Origin: Oligoflexia bacterium | GTDB lineage: Bacteria > Bdellovibrionota > Bdellovibrionia > JABDDW01 | Length of the DNA stretch: 41,452 nucleotides | Direction of reading: 5' to 3' | Assembly (NCBI GenBank): GCA_043732305.1 | Contig: JAYTHU010000033.1 | Location: 1 to 41,452 of the forward strand | Part shown: in pieces, positions 8,006 to 18,021 of the stretch | Layout: the number at the start of each line of letters is the position of its first letter | Numbering within the stretch: the stretch's first letter is position 1 | The notes under the pieces: model-generated | Databases searched by the model: none | Seen by the model: only the letters and a program-made list of their open reading frames with translations | What the model was told of the DNA's origin: nothing | Made by a program: the position numbers and the translations under genes

Positions 8006-8419
8006 ATGGGTGCTAGTGGTTTTTTTATTTTATATGCTCTATTGGCTTTGTTTTTTGTATCTCGGATCATCGGGCAGCTTTTTAGCAAGTCAAATCCTTC
8101 GATCAACGATCCCGGTGAACCGGGATCACGGAATCAAAAGCCGCGCTCTGGAAGCGCCTTTCGGGTCGAAATCTTTGATATTTTCACCGGAGCGGCTAAC
8201 ACTAAACCTACCGAGCGATCTCTCAATTGCCCTTTCCAGCTGAATGGTCAAAATTATGATGCTTTTGACGTTTTGCAAGTGCCCGCGGGAGCCCCTCTCG
8301 AGATTTGCGAACAGGCCTATAAAGAGATGTCTCGCTCGGGAAATAAGTACGCTCAAAACAAAGAAATTGTCGATCGCGCCCTCAAGGCCCTTCTTGACAC
8401 CAAGCCCATAAAATTTTAA
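8006..8419 (+). CDS. Membrane-anchored protein with truncated J-domain-like C-terminus
   Basis: N-terminal TM helix; [24 protein letters not shown] resembles J-domain helices I-II, no HPD. Confidence 0.65.
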   Translation: MGASGFFILYALLALFFVSRIIGQLFSKSNPSINDPGEPGSRNQKPRSGSAFRVEIFDIFTGAANTKPTERSLNCPFQLNGQNYDAFDVLQVPAGAPLEICEQAYKEMSRSGNKYAQNKEIVDRALKALLDTKPIKF

Positions 8420-8429
8420 AACTTTCTCT

Positions 8430-9833
8430 ATGAGTGAAAATAAAAAGACTAGCGGTGATATAGCGACTAATCCCACCATGCAGAAGCTTGTTTCTTTGAG
8501 CAAGCGGCGTGGTTTCGTATTTCAAAGCAGTGAAATTTACGGCGGAATCAATGCCTGCTGGGATTACGGACCTCTTGGAGTTGAGCTTAAACACAACATC
8601 AAGACAGCTTGGTGGAACGCTATGACTCGAAGGCAAGATATAGACGGCCTCGATGCCGCCATCCTCATGGCACCTCAGGTTTGGGTTGCGTCAGGTCACG
8701 TGGAAGGTTTCACCGATCCTCTCGTCGATTGCAGCAATTGCAAAGCTCGATTCAGAACTGACGTTGAAGCTTACGCAACAGAGAAAAAATGTCCCACCTG
8801 CGGATCAAAAGATCTTAGCGAGCCTCGTAATTTCAACTTGATGTTCAAAACATTCATGGGTCCACTTGAGGATACGGCATCAGTTGTTTATCTACGACCT
8901 GAAACCGCGCAAGGCATTTACGTCAATTATCAAAATGTTCAGGTCACTGCTCGTCGAAAAATTCCCTTCGGTATTGCTCAAATTGGCAAAGCTTTTAGAA
9001 ACGAAATCACTCCAGGCAATTTCATTTTCCGCACCCGTGAGTTTGAGCAAATGGAAATGCAATACTTTGTCAAACCCGGCACTGATGACACGCACATGGC
9101 TTACTGGAAAGAAGCTCGCATGCAGTGGTATTTGAATCACGGGTTTAAAAAAGAAAATCTCCAGTATCATCAGCACAAAGACGGTGAGCTCGCTCATTAC
9201 GCAAAATCTGCTTTTGATATTCAGTATCAGTTTCCTTTCGGCTGGCAAGAACTCGAGGGGATTCATAATCGAACAGACTTCGATCTTGGTCGTCATCAGG
9301 TTGCATCCAAAAAGAATCTGGAGTATTTCGAAGAGAGCACCAAAGAAAAATATCTTCCCTACATTATTGAAACAAGTGCCGGTTGCGATCGCACATTGCT
9401 AGCCGCTCTTTGCGATGCCTATGACGAGCAAAAAATGCCATCGGGCAAATCAGCAGAGCCCGGCGATGCTGAAAAGGCAGCGGCAGGTGGCCCAGAAGAC
9501 ATACGTGTAGTCTTGAGATTTCATACCAAGCTTGCACCTGTGAAGGTGGCCTTCTTGCCTTTGAGCAAAAAAGAAGAATTGAGCGGTCCTTGCAAGAAAC
9601 TTCAATCTGAATTTGTCGAAGACATGGTTACTCAGTATGACGAGGCTTCGAGCATCGGCAAACGTTATCGACGTCAAGATGAAATCGGAACTCCTCTGTG
9701 TGTGACCATGGATTTTGATAGTTTAACTGACCAAAAAGTCACCGTCAGACACCGCGACACGATGGTGCAAGACCGAGTGGATATGACCCAGCTGAGAGAG
9801 TACGTAGATAAAAAATTAAAAAATTTCTCATGA
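8430..9833 (+). CDS. glyQS: Glycine--tRNA ligase, homodimeric (alpha2) type
   Basis: [55 protein letters not shown]. Confidence 0.97.
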   Translation: MSENKKTSGDIATNPTMQKLVSLSKRRGFVFQSSEIYGGINACWDYGPLGVELKHNIKTAWWNAMTRRQDIDGLDAAILMAPQVWVASGHVEGFTDPLVDCSNCKARFRTDVEAYATEKKCPTCGSKDLSEPRNFNLMFKTFMGPLEDTASVVYLRPETAQGIYVNYQNVQVTARRKIPFGIAQIGKAFRNEITPGNFIFRTREFEQMEMQYFVKPGTDDTHMAYWKEARMQWYLNHGFKKENLQYHQHKDGELAHYAKSAFDIQYQFPFGWQELEGIHNRTDFDLGRHQVASKKNLEYFEESTKEKYLPYIIETSAGCDRTLLAALCDAYDEQKMPSGKSAEPGDAEKAAAGGPEDIRVVLRFHTKLAPVKVAFLPLSKKEELSGPCKKLQSEFVEDMVTQYDEASSIGKRYRRQDEIGTPLCVTMDFDSLTDQKVTVRHRDTMVQDRVDMTQLREYVDKKLKNFS

Positions 9834-9852
9834 ACAATTTCAAGGAGTTCAA

Positions 9853-12522
9853 GTGAGTACTCAGCTCGTGCAATCTGTATTTTATTTTGGAAGTGGTAAC
9901 CCTGAGAGCAATTCCAAGATGTCAGCAGAAAAAGCGAAGGCCCTCTTGGGTGGTAAAGGCGCAAATTTAGCCGAAATGATTTCACTCGGTATCCCGGTTC
10001 CTCCTGGATTCACCATCTCTACTGATATTTGTGCCAAATTTTACGACGCTGGTAAAAAACTTCCTGAACATGTCTGGGAAGACATTCTTAAAAATGTCAC
10101 TCGCTTAGAATCAGAAATTGGCAAAAAATTTGGTGATGTCGCAAATCCACTTTTAGTCAGCGTGAGATCTGGCGCCAGAGCCTCTATGCCAGGGATGATG
10201 GATACCATTCTCAACCTTGGCTTGAATGATGCCACCACCGCCGGCCTTGCGCAAATTTCTCAAAATCCACGCTTTGCCTATGATAGTTATCGCCGATTCA
10301 TCCAAATGTACTCGAACGTTGTCATGGGCATGAATTCCAGCATTCTTGACACCGTGATGGAAGATCTTAAAGACTCTAGAAAAATCCAGCATGACACTGA
10401 AATCACTGCTGAAGACATGAAGCATATGTGCGAAACATTCAAAAAACATGTCTTTGATTCCACAGGTTTAAAATTTCCAATGGACCCCATCCAACAATTG
10501 CGTGGAGCAGTCAGCGCCGTTTTTGAAAGCTGGAACACTCCTCGCGCTATCACTTACCGAAAACTTCAAAGTATCCCTGACAACTGGGGAACCGCGGTCA
10601 ATGTTCAAGCTATGGTTTTTGGAAATCGTGGGAATGACTCCGCCACTGGTGTCGCGTTCACTCGTGATCCTTCAACCGGCGAGCGCAAATTCTTTGGTGA
10701 GTTTTTAATCAATGCTCAAGGTGAAGACGTGGTTGCTGGAATTAGAACTCCTCGCACCATCGATGATTTAAAAATTGAAATGCCTGCGGCCTACGCAGAC
10801 CTGGAAGCTATTTATAAAAAGCTCGAAATTCATTACAAAGACATGCAGGACATTGAGTTCACTATCGAGCAAAACAAGCTCTGGATGTTGCAAACTCGAA
10901 ATGGCAAACGTTCGGCTGAAGCCGCTGTTCGTATTGCGTGTGAAATGATTCGGGAAGGATTGATCTCCGAAGAAGAAGCGCTCATGCGCGTGGAGCCTTT
11001 GCAATTAGATCAGCTGCTTCATCCTACTTTAGATCCAAAAGCTGAGCGAAATCGTATAGCTAGGGGGCTTCCTGCGAGTCCTGGTGCAGCTTGCGGTCAA
11101 ATTGTTTTTACGCCAGAAGACGCCGAAAAATTTTCTGAAGCCGGCAAGAAATGTATTTTAGTCCGAGTTGAAACTTCGCCAGAAGACATTCATGGAATGA
11201 TTGTGGCTCAAGGAATTCTCACCAGCCGAGGCGGCATGACAAGTCACGCGGCAGTCGTTGCACGCGGCATGGGTAAATCCTGCGTTGCGGGTTGTTCCGA
11301 AATCGAAGTGGATCATCACGCTGAAACATTAAAAGCCAACGGTCACACTTTGAAAAAAGGCGATGTCATAACTCTAGATGGCAGCACCGGAGAAGTTTAC
11401 TTAGGGGAAGTCAAAACAGTGCAGCCAAGTCTCAGCGGCTCTTTTGAAGAACTCATGAAGCTTGCCGACAAGCATCGCAAGATGGGCGTGCTCACCAACG
11501 CAGACACACCTAATGATGCCAAAATTGCCAGGCAGTTTGGCGCTGAAGGTATTGGACTTTGCCGGACAGAACATATGTTCTTTGATACTGAGCGAATTGA
11601 CGCCGTTAGAGAAATGATTGTGGCGGACAATCGAAACGAGCGAGAAAAAGCATTGGCGAAAATTCTTCCCATGCAAAAAAGCGATTTTATTCAGATCTTT
11701 GAAGAGATGCGCGGATTTCCAGTGACCATCCGGCTCCTTGATCCTCCCTTGCACGAGTTTGTTCCGCAGAATGATCCCGAGATTAAAATCTTGGCAGAAA
11801 AGTTGGAAATGGATTTTACTCGTTTGAAATCAAAAGTGAAATCACTTCATGAGTTTAATCCTATGCTGGGACATCGTGGTTGCAGATTGGCTGTTACGTT
11901 TCCTGAAATTTACGCTATGCAAGCCCGCGCGATTGCTGAAGCAGCTTGCGAGCTAAAGAAAAATGGTCACGAAGTTATTCCTGAAATTATGATTCCTTTG
12001 GTGAACACTGAAAAAGAATTTGCTCTCATGCATGAAATTGTCGAAAGAGAAGTTCTGGCGACTCAAAAACGCATGGGCGTGAGCTTTGAATTTAAAATTG
12101 GAACGATGATCGAGCTCCCTGGAGCCGCTCTCGTGGCGGATGAAATCTCCAGGCACGCTGATTTTTTCAGCTTCGGAACCAACGATCTTACGCAGACAAC
12201 ACTAGGGTTGAGTCGCGATGATTCCGGAAGATTTCTACCCACTTATGTGGAAAAGGGACTCTTTGCTTCCGATCCCTTTGTGTCAGTCGACCAGAAGGCT
12301 GTTGGAAAATTGATCAAGATTGCAGTTGATTTAGGACGCAAAACGAAGTCGAATTTAAAGATTGGGGTTTGCGGAGAGCATGGGGGCGATCCCGCGAGTA
12401 TTGAATTTTTCAATCAAGTGGGACTCGATTACGTCAGCTGCTCACCGTACAGGGTGCCGATTGCTCGCTTAGCTGCGGCTAGAGCGAACATTATGGCAAA
12501 ACAAAAACAAATAGCTCATTGA
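9853..12522 (+). CDS. ppdK: Pyruvate, phosphate dikinase
   Basis: LGGKGANLAEM, SVRSGARASMPGMMDT, GGMTSHAAVVARG, GLCRTEHMF, SFGTNDLTQ, CGEHGG; GTG start after AGGAG. Confidence 0.98.
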   Translation: MSTQLVQSVFYFGSGNPESNSKMSAEKAKALLGGKGANLAEMISLGIPVPPGFTISTDICAKFYDAGKKLPEHVWEDILKNVTRLESEIGKKFGDVANPLLVSVRSGARASMPGMMDTILNLGLNDATTAGLAQISQNPRFAYDSYRRFIQMYSNVVMGMNSSILDTVMEDLKDSRKIQHDTEITAEDMKHMCETFKKHVFDSTGLKFPMDPIQQLRGAVSAVFESWNTPRAITYRKLQSIPDNWGTAVNVQAMVFGNRGNDSATGVAFTRDPSTGERKFFGEFLINAQGEDVVAGIRTPRTIDDLKIEMPAAYADLEAIYKKLEIHYKDMQDIEFTIEQNKLWMLQTRNGKRSAEAAVRIACEMIREGLISEEEALMRVEPLQLDQLLHPTLDPKAERNRIARGLPASPGAACGQIVFTPEDAEKFSEAGKKCILVRVETSPEDIHGMIVAQGILTSRGGMTSHAAVVARGMGKSCVAGCSEIEVDHHAETLKANGHTLKKGDVITLDGSTGEVYLGEVKTVQPSLSGSFEELMKLADKHRKMGVLTNADTPNDAKIARQFGAEGIGLCRTEHMFFDTERIDAVREMIVADNRNEREKALAKILPMQKSDFIQIFEEMRGFPVTIRLLDPPLHEFVPQNDPEIKILAEKLEMDFTRLKSKVKSLHEFNPMLGHRGCRLAVTFPEIYAMQARAIAEAACELKKNGHEVIPEIMIPLVNTEKEFALMHEIVEREVLATQKRMGVSFEFKIGTMIELPGAALVADEISRHADFFSFGTNDLTQTTLGLSRDDSGRFLPTYVEKGLFASDPFVSVDQKAVGKLIKIAVDLGRKTKSNLKIGVCGEHGGDPASIEFFNQVGLDYVSCSPYRVPIARLAAARANIMAKQKQIAH

Positions 12523-12541
12523 TTAGAGCTGGGGAAATATC

Positions 12542-15500
12542 TTGAAAATTAAACGCCTTGAGCTTGTTGGATTCAAAAGCTTCAAAGACAAGACTGTCAT
12601 TAACTTTGACCAAGGGATCACCGGAATTGTCGGACCCAATGGTTGCGGAAAATCAAACATCGTCGATGCCCTGGTTTGGGTCATGGGAGAACAAAGCGCA
12701 AAACATTTGCGCGGATCATCCATGGAAGATGTTATTTTCAGTGGTAGTGAAAACTTCGCTCCCCTTGGGATGGCTGAAGTTTCTCTCACTCTAGAAAACG
12801 ACGGCGGACCATTCCCCGCAAAGTGGATCAAGCATTCAGAAATAATGATCACCCGTAGACTTCATCGCAGTGGTGAGAGTGAATATTTGATCAACAAAGA
12901 AGATGCTCGTCTCAAAGATGTCCTCGATATTTTCATGGACACCGGCGCAGGTTCCAAAGGTTTCTCCATCATTGAACAAGGTCAAATCGGAAAGATCATC
13001 ACCGCAAAACCCGAAGACCGCAGAGTTTTGATCGAAGAGGCTGCCGGGATCACCAAGTTCAAAGTTAGAAAACGCGAATCTCAAAGAAAATTGGAAAGCA
13101 CTGAACAAAACTTAGTGCGACTTAACGACATCATTGGAGAACTGCGAAGACAACTCGACAGTTTGCAACGTCAAGCTAAGCGCGCTGAACGCTACAAAGA
13201 AATCAAAAATCAAGCACAGGATTTAGACTTGTGGCTTAGCTCTGTGAAATTTGAACTTCTCAATAACGAAGTCATTTCACTGACGCAAGTTTTAGAAGAA
13301 AAGAAATTGATCGAAACCGACGCCCAAATTCAAATCGAAGTTTTGGCGGCCGAACTTCAAACTTTGAAACTAGATCTGCTAGAAAAAGAAAAAAGCCTTC
13401 TGACCAATCAGACGGAATTTTTTGAAATTCAGTCTACCGCTCAGAAAAAAGAATCTGATATCAAGATTCTGAGTTTTGAGATTGAGTCGACCAAAAAAAC
13501 CGAAGAAGTCACCAGCACTTTGAAAACAGAAGTTCAAGCACGTCAAGAAATCTTGGTCCGTGACTTCGATCACACTTCTCAGCAATTCACTGAGGTGCAA
13601 GGCGAATTAGAAGGTCTTGTCACAGACGCCATCACCAAATCAGAAGCGTCTACCTCTGCACACATGAACGCTCGTGTGAGCGACGAAAAACTCACTCAGC
13701 TTCGCCGTGAACTTATGTCCGTCATGCAAAATTTGACGGGAGTGGATGTCAGACGCGAAGCTATGGAAAATCAAAAGCGCGATCTCGAGTCCCGTTCGAC
13801 TCAGATCACCGCTGTTTTTGATGAATTGAAAAATAAAGAAACTCAATTTCATGACAATCGTAAAAAAGCATTCAACGGTTTAGAGAATCAGCGTCAGATG
13901 CAACTCAGCATCATGACCGATGTCGAAAATTTCCAACACAATCTCAATCAAGTGAAGACAAACACTGTCGAGAAGCGACAATTGGTCGCTTCTTTGAAAG
14001 ACGAGTACAATAAAGTTGTGTCTCGTTTATATGGTCTTGAAACGGTGAACACAAATTTTGAAGGCCTTGGTGAAGGTGTCAAAAACGTTATGATGTGGCA
14101 GCGTGAACGTCTGCAGCCTTCAGCTGATGGAAGTTTAAGTGCTGCTGGATTTGATAGCGGATTTGAACTTGTCGCTGACGTGGTCGAAGTTCCAAAAGAT
14201 TACGAACTCGCAATGGAAGCCGCGCTTGGCGATCGATTGCAAAGCGTGCTTTCTCCCACCAGTCCTTCTTCTCTCGCGGCGATGGATTTGCTCAAAGAGA
14301 AAAAAGGCGGCCGTACAAGTTTCTTTAGTAAAGATCTCATGGGCGAAAAGTCTTCTTCTGCGCCCGCACCTGCGCCAACCACCGTCACCGTCGGTGGCTC
14401 ACAAGTGGATTTATCGATGGCCAAATCGGCTTTTGCCGATTTGCTCAATGATTCGGATACACCCTCTGTGAGTACAAATACTTTCAGTAGTGTTGCTCGT
14501 CTTATCAAAGGCGAAGGCGTTCATGGGTATCTCACTGATCTCGTAAAATGTCCCGAGCGTCATCAAAAAGTTCTCGCGCAAATCATGGAGGGTGTCGTGG
14601 TTGTAGATACTCTCCCAACAGCTCTAAAATTGCGTGCGCGTTTCCCTCATCACACTTTCGTCACCACTGACGGTGATGTTTTAAATAAAGATGGAAGTTT
14701 AGAAGGCGGAAGCAGCGACAGTGCTGATTCAGGACTTTTAAGAACCAAACGAGAAATCAAAGAGCTCAGCATGCTTCGTGATGAAGCTTCTGGAAAATTG
14801 GCACTTTCTCAAGCCATGCTTGAAAAATTAGAAAGCCAACTTTTAAGTGTCACCAAAGATCTCGAAGGCGCGCAGAAACAAAGCTTTGAGCAAGAAATTC
14901 TCATTCATGATCGAAGAAAAGATCTTGAGCGCTCAGAATCAGAATTGAAAAATGTGGAAGAGGCTTTAAGGCGTCAAACACGAGATGTTGATTTGGTTAA
15001 AAATCAAATCTTGGCCGTGACCGAGCAAATCATCCAAGCCGTGAAAACTTTAGAAGAACTCACTATTAAACGAGCGGGTCTCGATGGTTCGACCACTGGG
15101 CTTGAAGAAGAACTTTCAAGTCTGCGTTCACAGCTCGATTCACTGAGCAAGTCTGCAACAGAAGCTCAGGTGCGTGCGGCCTCCAAAGAACAGATGGCTG
15201 CGAGCTTAAAAAATCAAAAAACCAAACTTGAAAGCGGCATCAAAGACGTCGACCATCAGCTTTCTCGAATGAAGGATGACTCTTCAAAGAACTCCTCTCT
15301 CATCGGCAATTTGGTTGTTAAGTTAGAAGAAGCTCGTCGAGAACTAAATCTTTCTTTGGATCGCATCAAAGATTCTGAAGAAGGACTTAAAAAAGCAAAA
15401 GACGATTTTGAAATTCTTTCTAACGAAGTTCGCACTCGAGAAACCAAATCAAGTGCACTGCAATCGGCAAAAAATTCCAGTCAGCATGACATGGGCGAAG

Positions 15501-16279
15501 CTCAGATCAAACAATCGCAAGCCGAACTCAATATGAAATATGTGGTCGATCAGATCACCGAACGTTACATGCTCAACATCAGTGAAGTGACCGCTCAGTA
15601 TCAAGATCGAGCCGCTGATGACAATAGTTTGCAGAATGCCGCAGCCGAACTCGAAGATCTCAAAGACAAAATTAAAAAAATTGGTGAGGTCAATCTCACT
15701 GCTATTCAAGAGTTTGAAGAGTTGACTAAGCGTTATGAATTCCTCACCACTCAGCAGCAAGATTTGTTGGGTGCGATGGACTCGCTCCGAAAAGTGATAG
15801 ACAGAATCAATCGCATTTGCCACAGACGTTTCCGTGATACTTTTGAAGCGGTCAATGAACGTTTCAAAAAAGTATTTCCCGTTTTGTTCGGTGGGGGAGA
15901 AGCTCAGCTTATTCTCACTGAAAGTCCTGACAGTCACGGGGATCCTGGTGTTGAAATCATGGCTCGTCCTCCCGGCAAAAAATTACAAAGCGTCACTTTG
16001 CTTTCGGGCGGAGAAAAAGCTCTCACGGCCGTCAGTCTGATCTTTTCGATCTTCTTGTACAAGCCTTCACCCTTCTGTCTTCTGGATGAGGTTGATGCGC
16101 CCCTCGATGACGCGAACGTTTACCGTTTCAATGATTTGGTTCGTGAAATGGCAAGGCGCAGTCAGGTCATTTTGGTCACGCACAATAAGCACACAATGGA
16201 GATCAATAATCTTCTCTACGGTGTGACGATGGAAGATCCCGGAGTCTCCAAAATGGTTGCAGTCAGGATGGAGCGCTAA
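12542..16279 (+). CDS. smc: Chromosome segregation protein SMC
   Basis: GFKSF, GPNGCGKSN, coiled coils, hinge, LSGGEK, LDEVDAPLD. Confidence 0.98.
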   Translation: MKIKRLELVGFKSFKDKTVINFDQGITGIVGPNGCGKSNIVDALVWVMGEQSAKHLRGSSMEDVIFSGSENFAPLGMAEVSLTLENDGGPFPAKWIKHSEIMITRRLHRSGESEYLINKEDARLKDVLDIFMDTGAGSKGFSIIEQGQIGKIITAKPEDRRVLIEEAAGITKFKVRKRESQRKLESTEQNLVRLNDIIGELRRQLDSLQRQAKRAERYKEIKNQAQDLDLWLSSVKFELLNNEVISLTQVLEEKKLIETDAQIQIEVLAAELQTLKLDLLEKEKSLLTNQTEFFEIQSTAQKKESDIKILSFEIESTKKTEEVTSTLKTEVQARQEILVRDFDHTSQQFTEVQGELEGLVTDAITKSEASTSAHMNARVSDEKLTQLRRELMSVMQNLTGVDVRREAMENQKRDLESRSTQITAVFDELKNKETQFHDNRKKAFNGLENQRQMQLSIMTDVENFQHNLNQVKTNTVEKRQLVASLKDEYNKVVSRLYGLETVNTNFEGLGEGVKNVMMWQRERLQPSADGSLSAAGFDSGFELVADVVEVPKDYELAMEAALGDRLQSVLSPTSPSSLAAMDLLKEKKGGRTSFFSKDLMGEKSSSAPAPAPTTVTVGGSQVDLSMAKSAFADLLNDSDTPSVSTNTFSSVARLIKGEGVHGYLTDLVKCPERHQKVLAQIMEGVVVVDTLPTALKLRARFPHHTFVTTDGDVLNKDGSLEGGSSDSADSGLLRTKREIKELSMLRDEASGKLALSQAMLEKLESQLLSVTKDLEGAQKQSFEQEILIHDRRKDLERSESELKNVEEALRRQTRDVDLVKNQILAVTEQIIQAVKTLEELTIKRAGLDGSTTGLEEELSSLRSQLDSLSKSATEAQVRAASKEQMAASLKNQKTKLESGIKDVDHQLSRMKDDSSKNSSLIGNLVVKLEEARRELNLSLDRIKDSEEGLKKAKDDFEILSNEVRTRETKSSALQSAKNSSQHDMGEAQIKQSQAELNMKYVVDQITERYMLNISEVTAQYQDRAADDNSLQNAAAELEDLKDKIKKIGEVNLTAIQEFEELTKRYEFLTTQQQDLLGAMDSLRKVIDRINRICHRRFRDTFEAVNERFKKVFPVLFGGGEAQLILTESPDSHGDPGVEIMARPPGKKLQSVTLLSGGEKALTAVSLIFSIFLYKPSPFCLLDEVDAPLDDANVYRFNDLVREMARRSQVILVTHNKHTMEINNLLYGVTMEDPGVSKMVAVRMER

Positions 16280-16485
16280 ACGTTTTCGAATGAACATCTG
16301 TGTTGCGCGACGGTTTTCGTTGCGTGATTGCGGGTATAAATAAAATAAGTTTAACCTAAAAATAGATTGACATCATTTTACCGCGTTTTTCCTTATTACT
16401 TATTTGAATAGAAAGTCCTCTAGAGATAACCACTACGGGCTCTAAGCCCCGCTATAAACGTCTGGTTGCTCTTAACTAGACCGGC

Positions 16486-16841
16486 GTGGAAATCCAATCT
16501 ATGTCCGATATGAATTTAGAGATAGAAAAACGCCGTCTTTTTTCTGATTACAAATGTTCATCACTCACAGAATTTGCCATGACTCATCTCAAGTTGCCGC
16601 ACCCGTTGCGTAACGGGTTTCTGCTTCGGTTCCTCGGGCAACGGCTCGTGCAGTCTTCGCTAAGGCTGAAAACAAATGCCAGAATTGTGGCTCGAATTTT
16701 GCCCTTCAGATTGAGCACATTGGGCCAAGGGCCCTCGGAAGAACAAATGAGCTTCATAATCTCAAGCTTTTGTGTCGAAATTGCAATTTGAGGCAAGCTT
16801 TGAAGGTATATGGTGCTGCGGAGATGGCAGAGTTTTGTTAG
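16486..16841 (+). pseudogene. Internally deleted, frameshifted HNH endonuclease gene related to 6039-7076
   Basis: One frame gives EIEKRRLFSDYKCSSLTEFAMTHLK (cf. RVEKDRLYLEWRYDSLFEFATKDLK); another frame (16593-16841) gives VAAPVA*RVSASVPRATARAVFAKAENKCQNCGSNFALQIEHIGPRALGRTNELHNLKLLCRNCNLRQALKVYG. Confidence 0.85.
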
Positions 16842-16900
16842 ACGAATGGGCTCGCTTGCTCCTTGAATATCAATAGCGAATGAGTTAGCGTCCGCCCCAT

Positions 16901-17974
16901 ATGCCAAGCATGATGGGGCTTTCGCCCAACCAAACATTGATTCTGACTTTTATGATCTTCTCTCTGGTCTTGAGCTTGGGCCTTATTCTCGTTTTGCGCC
17001 GAAGCTTAAAGAAAGACACGCGCCTCGAAACTCCACCAGCGGCGCAGCCTAAGATAAAAGCCCAACCTCTCGAACCTCCACGCGGGATTTCCGGTGTTCT
17101 CGCTAAAACGCGAAATGCTCTGAGTGGCAAGATAGAAAGTCTATTTGCGACGAATGCCAAAATAGACGACAAGTTTTTAGATCAACTAGAAGAGCTTCTT
17201 TACACGAGTGACCTGGGCCCTGCGACGGTTGAAAAACTTCTCAACCAAGTTCGAGAAAATCTGCCTCGTAACGAAATCTCAGACCTTGAAAAAATTAAAA
17301 CGGCTATTAAAAATGGTGTGATTGAGATTTTGAATCGTTCAAACAAACAAACGGTTTTGCACACGCCTCAAGTGATTTTGATTGTGGGGGTGAATGGTGT
17401 GGGAAAAACCACGAGCATCGGAAAACTTTCATACTACTACGCGCAAAAACAGAAATCCGTCATGGTTGTGGCGGCAGATACTTTTCGAGCAGCCGCTGAA
17501 AAGCAACTTGGAGTTTGGGCCGAGCGAGCGGGAGTCAGTTATTACTCGAGTGATAAAACCACCGATCCCGCAGCTGTAGCTTATCAAGGTTTGGAAAAAG
17601 CGCTCTCCGAAAAAACCGAAGTGGTGATCATCGACACTGCGGGAAGACTCCACAATAAGGAAAATTTGATGGAAGAACTTAAAAAAGTAAAACGAGTCAT
17701 TCAAAAACTTTCACCTGAAGCCCCTCATCAAATTTTACTCGTCATTGATGCCAATAGCGGACAAAATGCTATCGTTCAAGCCAGACAATTTAATGAAGCC
17801 TTGGGACTCACCGGACTTATCGTCACAAAGCTCGACGGCAGCGCCAAGGGTGGAGTGATTGTTGGAATTTCTCAAGAAGTGGGAGTGAATCCAGACTTTA
17901 TCGGGCTAGGTGAAAAGATCACTGATCTTGAAATTTTCTCGGCCACTGAATACGCCCAAGGTCTACTCGCTTAA
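16901..17974 (+). CDS. ftsY: SRP receptor FtsY with N-terminal TM segment
   Basis: GVNGVGKTT, DTFRAAA, DTAGR, TKLDGSAKGG. Confidence 0.96.
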   Translation: MPSMMGLSPNQTLILTFMIFSLVLSLGLILVLRRSLKKDTRLETPPAAQPKIKAQPLEPPRGISGVLAKTRNALSGKIESLFATNAKIDDKFLDQLEELLYTSDLGPATVEKLLNQVRENLPRNEISDLEKIKTAIKNGVIEILNRSNKQTVLHTPQVILIVGVNGVGKTTSIGKLSYYYAQKQKSVMVVAADTFRAAAEKQLGVWAERAGVSYYSSDKTTDPAAVAYQGLEKALSEKTEVVIIDTAGRLHNKENLMEELKKVKRVIQKLSPEAPHQILLVIDANSGQNAIVQARQFNEALGLTGLIVTKLDGSAKGGVIVGISQEVGVNPDFIGLGEKITDLEIFSATEYAQGLLA

Positions 17975-18021
17975 AGGCAAAATCCTGGCTTACTTTTAGA
18001 AAATCCCCCATAATATAAGAG

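Noticed and set aside
8430..12522. glyQS-ppdK adjacency as a novelty
   Set aside because: Glycyl-tRNA synthetase genes beside ppdK is a widespread arrangement
16584..16937. 117-aa minus-strand ORF, and the 101-aa ORF 16486-16791 as intact genes
   Set aside because: Both are explained as the shadow and frameshifted parts of the HNH relic
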